64,000 nt of DNA from Tubulanus polymorphus (lineage: Eukaryota; Animalia; Nemertea). The notes below the pieces were generated by a model that saw nothing but the letters and a program-made list of their open reading frames with translations, made no database searches and was not told where the DNA came from. Below, piece after piece: positions 54,605 through 64,000 of this stretch. The position numbers and the translations under genes are program-made. Within the stretch, counting starts at the first letter, position 1. Each line of letters opens with the position of its first letter. The stretch lies in assembly GCF_964204645.1 (NCBI RefSeq), contig NC_134031.1, forward strand, positions 16,417,807 to 16,481,806. The letters run 5' to 3'.

Positions 54605-56829
54605 ATGGAGTTAGATGATGTCAAAGTACGAACTGTGAGCGACCTGAACGACGACACTGCACCTACTGGGGCGCAATTCGATAACTCTAAGCTGTCGTTG
54701 GGTGATGAACCGGCTGTCGGTTTCGCTGGGTCCGGCGGACGACCGCACAGCGCCAGTCAAAGAAGTCAGGCCAGCACGGGAAGCAGGTCGAGTTTGAAGA
54801 ACGCTGACAAACAGTTAAGCAACTACGTCAGCAAGGGATTCTTTTGTGTGAAGGTACGACGAAAAAAGTAACGTTACTCCTAGATTGCTTGTATGTACCA
54901 AAATAGTTATTTGATCATTGGACTTTTTTTGGTGCTTCAGTCTGATCCAAGCTTTATTAATTAGGAAGACCCCTTTTTATGATAATGATGGGCTTCGTAT
55001 GAAAATGTCATAAATCTGGGTACGTAATCGATCTGTTTTAAATTTTTTTTTAGAAAGGCTACTTTGAAACTGCCGTCGATGCTTGTAAAAATCAGATCAA
55101 AAATGATTTAGATGGTGAAATCAAAGCTGCTTGGCTTCTCACCGAGTAAGTGATAGTCCCATATATAATCCTAAATCAAAAAATTTCGGAGCTTCTTAAT
55201 TACAACTATTTGATTTATATTCTCTAGAATTGACCATTGGGATAACGAAATCGAGAAGATCGTTATTTTGACCGACACGTCGGTGATAATCGCTAAATAC
55301 GATTTTGTCGCCGAGAAGATATTACGACACAAACGTATTCTACTGCATACACTTCATTCCTTGTACATCGGAGAATTGATTTACCCCGAAAAGTCAGTCA
55401 TGCCGTAAGTGAATAATCTCGGATATTTTACGTAGGAATAGAATAATATCATGAGTAAAATCCTGTGATAAGTGAATTGATCTTAGAAAGTTTGTTTAAC
55501 CCTTTCAGTGCCTCTACACCGCAATGCGGTGTATGAATCAGTGTGATGGATTTTGCTAGTACACCGCACTGCGGTGTATTGATGTAATTCGTTTTTATCT
55601 CTATTGAAAGATGGTAGCACCTGTCAAACATAGTGAAATACTAGTAAATAACGATATACGCACCAGGGTGTAGACTCACTATAGTGCTATTCCCGTTATT
55701 CAACACACTAGGGTGGAATTTTTCAAAATTTTCAAATTATCTCCAGCACTATAGGGTATTGATTAGTCAGCACTGAAAGGGTTAAAATATTAGAAATATT
55801 TCTGGTGGTTGCTTCAGCCTTCTTCAGTCTAATATGACTTGCCAAATAAGTACAATTTTCATTTAAGGCTGAAGAAAGGTGGAAGCAACCACCAGAAATG
55901 TTTCTCATATTTTAGATAAACTTTTTAGATCAATTCATTTATTGTGGTATTTAACTCATCGTTTTATCACAGATATTGTGATCCACATCTGATTCAGTCT
56001 AACATCATGAATAACTGGAAGCATGTCAGATAGGGTGCCCTAATCGTCTCATTCGACTTTGGATGTCTCTTTAAGTTCTGAAAGTTTAAATTCTATCATC
56101 AAACTACGTAAAGAAATAGAATGGGAAAGCTCAAATGCTACTGTGGCAATCAAGGCTCACGAGTAGTTACTCGGTCTTCAATTTCATTCTACATTTCTAT
56201 TTAAATGGAATGAATTTTTATCTGTAATCATTTATTAATGATAAAACTAACTATACCAATCACTTAGTAGAAAAATGAGTCTTAGGTATATTTTGGTTGG
56301 TCCTACGATAATGTATGGATATGGGGGCCTAAAAATACAGTTCAAAGTTGATTGAAAGTGAACTAATTTTGAAATCATAGGTAAGACCAAGTGCGAATTA
56401 GTCACGCAATAACTGTTGTTACGGTTCCTCATTGTGAATATTGTAGTAAAAATATGTTTTAGGAAGAGTATTTGATATTTCAGGGAAAGAAAGCACGGAG
56501 GAATACGCTTGGCTTGGGGCGACCCGAATAATCTGTCGTTCGGGCAGAAATGGAATCCTTGGAGCTCGACGATTCCGTACGTCACGTTAACGCACCACCC
56601 GCTCAGCTACTCCTCGGAGTTTCAGGAGACGGTCACGTACAGCGCCAACGATTTCTTCGAGTCGCTCGAATCGGCGGTGAAAGCCGCGTACCAACGCAAA
56701 AACCCCGGACAACAAGTAATGGTCATCGAAGGCAACATCCTGGTCGAAACGTACGCCAGTCTAGGCTCGATGGTTTTCAATCAGAGTTTCCTGGGTTACT
56801 CACGCGAGCGCGGCGGAGTCAGCTTCTAA
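54605..56829 (+). CDS. TPRG1L: TPRG1/TPRG1L (Mover)-like protein with hSac2-type domain, ~287 aa
   Basis: Exons 54605-54853, 55054-55145, 55228-55404, 56484-56829; motifs WLLTEIDHWDNEIEKIVILTD..KYDF, WNPWSSTIPYVTLTHHP, and ETYASLGSMVFNQSFLGYSRERGGVSF*. Confidence 0.9.
55451..55959. mobile_element. Foldback (palindromic) element with ~95-bp arms; left arm interrupted by a piggyBac-type MITE
   Basis: After removing the insert at 55500-55785, 55451-55832 is an imperfect reverse complement of 55863-55959. Confidence 0.75.
55500..55781. mobile_element. Non-autonomous piggyBac-like MITE
   Basis: TTAA on both flanks; perfect 12-bp TIR CCCTTTCAGTGC / GCACTGAAAGGG. Confidence 0.87.
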
Positions 56830-57665
56830 TCGTTCTTTTTCCATCGTTAGGCAAATCATAGTTAAGGCAATCATGGCTAAACTAAATACTCTTTATTCTA
56901 CATCTATACATCTAATTGTGTGATAACTCTAAATGATTTCTATATCTAACTTGTCTTATGAATTTCAATGTTGCAGTGTCTTATCAGGGAAATCGAAAAA
57001 GGGGCGGATTTAGGGCATGTTCTCAGAGGTCTGGACCCTGCCTTCCCATTTAGGTTGCCCTTTGCGTCAATTCAAAGATCGTTAAAAACATACTTGACCC
57101 TCATCCTTTTGGAAATTGCATATTTTCGGATTTATTTCTTACCACCAAAGGTGGAGCCCCGCTAGTAGCAAATAGCATGGCTGCTTTTCTGAAAAATGCC
57201 TATTCTTTTCCTCTGGACCACAGCCTTCCAATTTTCCTAGATCTGCCCCTGGTAGAATGAATATTCAGTACTTTTTACTTAGCACGTTGTTTTCCGTTTT
57301 TTGGTCATATAAACATTGATGGTTACAAAACAATTTGTAGACAATGGAAACTCAGCCAATTGATATAGATACTCACGCAAATCAGGGAAAATATTCATTT
57401 AATTTTTTTACGCAATTTTGTTACCCATTCGAAACGTTCGAATTCAAATATTGGCCAGTAACTAGATTGTGTATCTCATAATCACTTCTATTCCTATATG
57501 TCTCGATTCGTAACTACTTTTCTGTCTCATACTCAAGCGAAACATGAGACCATGACTGGAATTTTGCCTGATCTTTCGCAAATTCTAATCACTATTTCAG
57601 TAGTCAGTTGTAAAATGAACATGAGCAATGAACATACCGTAGTTGTAAATGATAATCTGGAACCA

Positions 57666-57793
57666 GTTGCATAGTCATGGCTTAGACTTAAGACCAGTCT
57701 AAGACCTACTTTGTTCTATAGCAAATCTAACAACTTAAGACCAGTCTTAAGATTTAAGACCACTCTTGGACTTAAGTCACAACTGTGCAACTG
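57666..57793. mobile_element. MITE (CAGTTGCATAGT / ACTGTGCAACTG) with internal CTTAAGACC repeats
   Basis: Imperfect TIR plus repeated internal motif. Confidence 0.65.
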
Positions 57794-58272
57794 ACTTGTT
57801 GTCCGCTGCTGTTTAAAATACGGCTGCTCGGATTAAGTAAAACCGGATAAAATGTACAATGAATTTAGATTTAACCACCGTGTATGAAAATGAAAGTCAT
57901 ATTGGAAGCATTTATCACCCAGTTCCTGTAATAATAAAACAATTAAATCAATGAATTCTTCGCTCCTTAAAGATCATCATGTTGTTGAATGGATCTGTTC
58001 CTTTTCAAAAGTGATATTAAGATAGTAGTTTTAGTTCTTTATGTAGCTTGGGGAGGGGGACTATTTAATTATTTTTGCGTCTGATTAGCATTTAGTCTTC
58101 CGATAGAACTATTTAATCAGTTGATTCACAGTATGCAATAATTACAATGCTTTAAGGGGGAAGCATAAAATATATAGATATATTGCATACACATAGTATA
58201 GATGTATGTACATGGATTTTTGATTATGAAAATCTATTCTCTATATTTATTCTATTTACAGTTGATCATAAA

Positions 58273-58343
<71 letters not shown>

Positions 58344-59899
58344 TATACACTTGTTGTCAATTGTTGAAAAAATGAAGTGATATAAGGCAGGTTTCGATTG
58401 GTCTCTTCCGATTCTGTAATACTTGTTCATAGACCGTAATACGCTCTGTCAAACCTGCCTGAATATTCAAAGATCATAAGCCACAGTTTGAAGTGGATGC
58501 ATTCGATTTTCTGTTATATTCAGGACCACAATCTGCGCTTATTTTGATAAAAATTATTTGGAAAATTGTTACCTAGTAGACAAAATTTTCTCAGACGATT
58601 TCACTTAAAGGTTTGAAATTTGAAAAAGTACCGGTACTTCCAATGATATTTATGTTCGATTCTTTTTAAATTCATATTCAAAGGTATCGATATTTATAAT
58701 TTATGAATCCTATAAAGCTTTCTCTTGCCAAACCTCTGCGATAAATGCGGCTTGAAAAAATGCATTTCATAATTTCTCATCGTCCGATGTTTTTTTTTTA
58801 ATCAGAAGAAATTGTTATAGTTATAATTGAATAGAAGGGTTATGGTATTAAAGGGTGTTGTTTAGGACCACCACACGTGGTCAGTGTGATGATAACGATG
58901 TAGATTTTGGATCAGTGTTTTGACAATGTGTAAATTTCATCTTCCAATCACTCGGCATGAGTTGTACAATATTCATATTGTAGCTTTATTGTTTTATAAT
59001 AAAATCATGAAAATCATTTAATGATGGTTTATTTTTTTGTGAGCAGAATTTTGCTTTGTCTCTGGAAGCTTTTGGCCTTCATGCTGAATTGATATGAGTA
59101 GTTGCTGGTTTCTTTGATGAATCATGCGTCCAGTGGTCCAGTGGTCTTTATGTAACAAAATGGACTCAGACTGAATGAAATGACCACAAAATCAACATAT
59201 GCTAAATAAGCATATATGCTAATTAATAATATGCTAAATAAGAACATTTGTTTAGATGCAAGGACTGTCCTACTGTCTGATAGAAAGTCTGCCTGCAGAG
59301 AACTACACACGTAAGCCGCATTCACACTACCACTAGACTTGCTATGGATCCCTACCTGGAACCGGCCGAACTCGGAGCGGACCAAATCAGACAGAGTTCA
59401 GTTAGCCTATACATTATCTTTTAGGCAATATAGAAATTATATGATATCTGAAAATAATCTAGCTTGATGACCATATATTGCGTTTGAATTCATACTACGG
59501 AGTACGATTTAAAACGAACCTGGTATCATTGCTGCCCACATACAGAATTAGTCCGTTCTGGAATTTGGAATGGACCTGGTTCGCTCTTTCTTGGACTGAA
59601 CAAATTTGGAATGGATATTTTGCGACTGTGAACGCTCGGTCCAGTCCAAATTCTTACTACTACAATTGCTACCATTATCCATTAAGAAAAATTCTATAAA
59701 TGCTTTTTCAGTGAAAAAAGATCAGGCTTGATGAATGAACAAACTTAGCACCCTACCAAAAGATCTGATTCAAAGATGAAAATATTTCAAGTTTTTACGT
59801 TGAATTTATTCTAACTCGATAATAGATCATAAATTATACACATGTATTTCAAGATGAATACATTATGACAGAAGTTGCTTTGAAATTAGTGGGGTATGC

Positions 59900-60193
59900 C
59901 TACTTCAAATCCAGCATTTGAAACACTTGGTCATTAAATGCTGAAGCATCACTCTTCTTCTTTTCAACGAAAGCTTCAGCCGCTTCAACAATTTTCACCT
60001 TGTCATCAGACGACAATGGATTCTTTTTGTTTAATCGTTCTCGAAGGTAATACGCGTTAATGATGAATCTAGCCACTTGTTTACCATTTCTTTTCAGGAT
60101 TTTAGACGGCTTGGAACGTTTAACTATGACCTCTGCATCACTTACAACAATCAGAACTATCAATATCAAGACTAAGGGAACAGAATACCTCAT
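59900..60193 (-). CDS. Secreted Cys-free prepropeptide, copy 1 (97 aa), unknown family
   Basis: Hydrophobic signal peptide ending SDA, EVIVKR propiece; TATAAAA at 60487-60481; 5'-UTR intron 60421-60209; AATAAA at 59810-59805. Confidence 0.8.
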   Translation of the reverse strand: MRYSVPLVLILIVLIVVSDAEVIVKRSKPSKILKRNGKQVARFIINAYYLRERLNKKNPLSSDDKVKIVEAAEAFVEKKKSDASAFNDQVFQMLDLK

Positions 60194-61167
60194 CTTTTAT
60201 CAATACAACTGCAATATAGAATGATAACTACATTTCAGCTTCGGTAGAAAAACCCTTCCACTTATCTATAACCCGGATCCAGTGTCACAGTTCTAATTCA
60301 GAGTTAACTCTTGAGTCAAAATTAGTTCGTTTTCCATGTTTTAACTCCGAGTCAAATCTTAACTCACATCTATGGAACTGGGTCCAGAGAACCTACTGCT
60401 AGATCTAATTGTATTACGTACCTTTACCGTCTTGAACAAAGTTTTTCTGGAAATACAAAACACAACATTATTTCCAGACATTTTATACTCTTGAGGGAAA
60501 ATTAATAGCTGCTATTAGTCAATCCCTGTTTTTCAGATGAAACAAACTACTAATCCGTACATTATTAAATTTTCAATAAGATGGAGACCTTACGATCATT
60601 TGAAACCAGGCGTCTAATGATCCAATCACAGAACAGCACCTGGGATGTAACGGATCATCATCTATTTCTAAGAGAAGATTTTGTGGTAAACTTCTGTTAC
60701 TAGATTTATACATGTAGATGTATTTCTTAACGCAATGAGTTCTCTCTTAAATTTGGTGTACTCTAAGTTGGTCAAGTTTGACTGTATTTAAGGTGCAAAT
60801 AGAATCAGATCCAGTGAAATAATCACAGAAAACATCAGAATCATACTAAATAAGAACATTTATTTGGTTGCAAGGACTGTTCTATTGTTTAATAGCACGT
60901 CTGCCTGCAGAGAACTACACACTAGTATAAACACTATAACACTGCACACCAAGAATTCGCCCCAAAAATACAATATTATTTGTCACGATCAATCCATAAA
61001 AATTCACACTTTCAATAAAAGTTTTTCAGTTAAAAAAATAACGGTTGATGAGGAATGAAAACACCTTTCACCCTACCAAAAAATCTAATGCAAAGATGAA
61101 AATGTCTCAAGTAATTAGTTTATTCAAACTTCAACTTGATAATGGATCATATTTCAAGATAAATACA

Positions 61168-61502
61168 TCATGGCACGGGGACCCCGGGGCTCTTTAGAAT
61201 TACTTCTTCCTCTGACAAACCCAGCATTTGAAACACTTGGTCGTTAAATGCTGAAGCATCACTCTTCTTCTTATCAACGAAAGCTTCAGCCGCTTCAACA
61301 ATTATCGCCTTGTCATCAGACGACAATGGATTCTTTTTGTTTAATCATCTCGAAGGTAATACGCATTAATGATGAATCTAGCCACTTGTTTACCATTTCT
61401 TTCCAGGATTTTAGACGGCTTGGAACGTTTAACTACCACCTCTGCATCACTTACAACAATCAGAACTATCAATATCAAGACTAAGGGAACAGAATACCTC
61501 AT
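61168..61502 (-). pseudogene. Secreted peptide copy 2, frameshifted
   Basis: 335 nt versus 336 nt in copy 3; 1-bp deletion near 61347 gives YLRDD* (TAA at 61343-61341) after 53 aa. Could also be an assembly error. Confidence 0.7.
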
Positions 61503-62476
61503 CTTTTATCAATACAACTGCAATATAGAATGATAACTACATTTCAGCTTCGGTAGAAAAACCCTTCCACTTATCTATAACCCGGATCCAGTGTCACAGT
61601 TCTAAGTCAGAGTTAACTCTTGAGTCAAAATAAGTTCATTTTCCATGTTTTAACTCAGAGTCAAATCGTAACTCACATCTATGGAACTGGGTCCACAGAA
61701 CCTACTGGTAGATCTAATCGTATTACATACCTTTACTGTCTTTAAAAAAGTTTTCCAGAAATGCAAACCACAACATTATTTCCAGACATTTTATACCCTT
61801 GAGGGAAAATGAATAGCTGCTATTAGTCAATCCCTGTTTTTCAGATTAAACAAACTACTAATCCGTACATTATTAAATTTTCAATAAAGATGGAGACCAT
61901 ACGATCATTTGAAACCAGGTGTCTAATGATCCAATCACAGAACAGCACCTGGGATGTAACGGATCATCATCTATTTCTAAGAGAAGATTTTGTGGTAAAC
62001 TTCTGTTACTAGATTTATACATGTAGATGTATTTCTTAACGCAATGAGTTCTCTCTTAAATTTGGTGTACTCTAAGTTGGTCAAGTTTGACTGTATTTAA
62101 GGTGCAAATAGAATCAGATCCAGTGAAATAATCACAGAAAACATCAGAATCATACTAAATAAGAACATTTATTTGTTTGCAAGGACTGTTCTATTGTTTA
62201 ATAGCACGTCTACCTGCAGAGAACTACACACTAGTATAAACACTATAACACTGCACACCAAGAATTCGCCCCAAAAATACAATATTATTTGTCACGATCA
62301 ATCCATAAAAATTCACACTTTCAATAAAAGTTTTTCAGTTAAAAAAATAACGGTTGATGAGGAATGAAAACACCTTTCACCCTACCAAAAAATCTAATGC
62401 AAAGATGAAAATGTTTTAAGTAATTAGTTTATTCAAACTTCAACTTGATAATGGATCATATTTCAAGATAAATACA

Positions 62477-62812
62477 TCATGGCACGTGGACCCCGGGGCT
62501 CTTTTGAATTACTTCTTCCTCTAACAAACCAAGCATTTTAAACACTTGGTCGTTAAATGCTGAAGCATCACTCTTCTTCTTATCAACTAAAGCTTCAGCC
62601 GCTTCAACAATTATCGCCTTGTCATCAGATGACAATGGATTCTTTTTGTTTAATCGTTCTCGAAGGTAATACGCATTAATGATGAATCTAGCCACTTTTT
62701 TACCATTTCTTTCCAGGATTTTAGACGGCTTGGAACGTTTAACTACCACCTCTGCATCACTTACAACAATCAGAACTATCAATATCAAGACTAAGGGAAC
62801 AGAATACCTCAT
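62477..62812 (-). CDS. Secreted Cys-free prepropeptide, copy 3 (111 aa), unknown family
   Basis: Intact ORF with the same promoter, intron and poly(A) architecture as copy 1. Confidence 0.82.
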   Translation of the reverse strand: MRYSVPLVLILIVLIVVSDAEVVVKRSKPSKILERNGKKVARFIINAYYLRERLNKKNPLSSDDKAIIVEAAEALVDKKKSDASAFNDQVFKMLGLLEEEVIQKSPGVHVP

Positions 62813-63786
62813 CTTTTATCAATACAACTGCAGTATAGAATGATAACTACATTTCAACTTCGGTAGAAAAACCCTTCCACTTATCTGTAACCCGGATCCA
62901 GTGTCACAGTTCTAATTCAGAGTTAACTCTTGAGTCAAAATTAGTTCGTTTTCCATGTTTTAACTCCGAGTCAAATCTTAACTCACATCTATGGAACTGG
63001 ATCCAGAGAACCTACTGGTAGATCTAATTGTATTACGTACCTTTACTGTCTTTAAAAAAGTTTTCCAGAAATGCAAAACACAACATTATTTCCAGACATT
63101 TTATACTCTTGAGGGAAAATGAATAGCTGCTATTAGTCAATCCCTGTTTTTCAGATGAAACAAACTACTAATCCGTACATTATTAAATTTTCAATAAAGA
63201 TGGAGACCATACGATCATTTGAAACCAGGCGTCTAATGATCCAATCACAGAACAGCACCTGGGATGTAACGGATCATCATCTATTTCTAAGAGAAGATTT
63301 TGTGGTAAACTTCTGTTACTAGATTTATACATGTAGATGTATTTCTTAACGCAATGAGTTCTCTCTTAAATTTGGTTTACTCTTAGTTGGTCAAGTTTGA
63401 CTGTATTTAAGGTGCAAATAGAATCAGATCCAGTGAAATAATCACAGAAAACATCAGAATCATACTAAATAAGAACATTTATTTGGTTGCAAGGACTGTT
63501 CTATTGTTTAATAGCACGTCTGCCTGCAGAGAACTACACACTAGTATAAACACTATAACACTGCACACCAAGAATTCGCCCCAAAAATACAATATTATTT
63601 GTCACGATCAATCCATAAAAATTCACACTTTCAATAAAAGTTTTTCAGTTAAAAAAATAACGGTTGATGAGGAATGAAAACACCTTTCACCCTACCAAAA
63701 AATCTAATGCAAAGATGAAAATGTCTCAAGTAATTAGTTTATTCAAACTTCAACTTGATAATGGATCATATTTCAAGATAAATACA

Positions 63787-63906
63787 TCATGGCACGGGGA
63801 CCCCGGGGCTCTTTAGAATTACTTCTTCCTCTGACAAACCCAGCATTTTAAACACTTGGTCGTTAAATGCTGAAGCATCACTCTTCTTCTTATCAACTAA
63901 AGCTTC
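63787..63906 (-). pseudogene. Secreted peptide copy 4, 3' fragment only
   Basis: Homology to the last ~40 codons stops abruptly at 63906; unrelated sequence follows. Confidence 0.7.
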
Positions 63907-64000
63907 TAAGGCGCAATTTGGGTTGAATTTCTAAAACTATAGTTCATCTCGGTTACTAGGATTATTCGTGGTACAGTCAAGCTCAGTTAAACCATCATTA

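Larger units (their letters stand above)
59900..63906. repeat. Tandem array with a ~1309-1310-bp unit (about 3 units, plus an older degenerate flank back to ~59150)
   Basis: Identical landmarks at 60864, 62173 and 63483. Confidence 0.95.

Noticed and set aside
60864-63677. Three plus-strand 64-aa ORFs repeated in the array, and the 78-aa ORF at 61248
   Set aside because: Non-ATG starts in spacer DNA, or antisense to the real gene; conserved only because the whole unit is duplicated

Overview
Eukaryotic (animal) genomic DNA: AT-rich, many short GT-AG introns, no obvious CpG depletion. It looks like an invertebrate, probably spiralian (inference; the species cannot be determined from the sequence). 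Most entries in the ORF track are artefacts; the gene models below were built by hand from splice sites, reading-frame continuity and recalled homology. Gene order: 3' two-thirds of RERE/Atrophin (+, exons 12997-24943, preceded by a >13 kb intron) -> young 5'-truncated Penelope-like retroelement (28707-30384) <- PDE6D (-) <-> PEX5 (+) -> <- PPIH (-) <-> ARMC9 (+) -> TPRG1L-like (+) -> <- tandem array of ~1.31 kb units encoding an unrecognised Cys-free secreted prepropeptide. Main observations: (1) the Penelope insertion has inverted hammerhead-bearing pLTRs, a 13-bp TSD, and an exact 112-bp copy of host sequence from 570 bp away that ends 15 nt past a minus-strand AATAAA; (2) the secreted-peptide array shows birth-and-death evolution and mosaic copies; (3) ARMC9 has several candidate cassette exons, including a duplicated, stop-containing paralogue of its conserved [12 protein letters not shown] exon; (4) PDE6D and ARMC9 each contain a U12-type intron. 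MITEs, microsatellites and minisatellites are also present.
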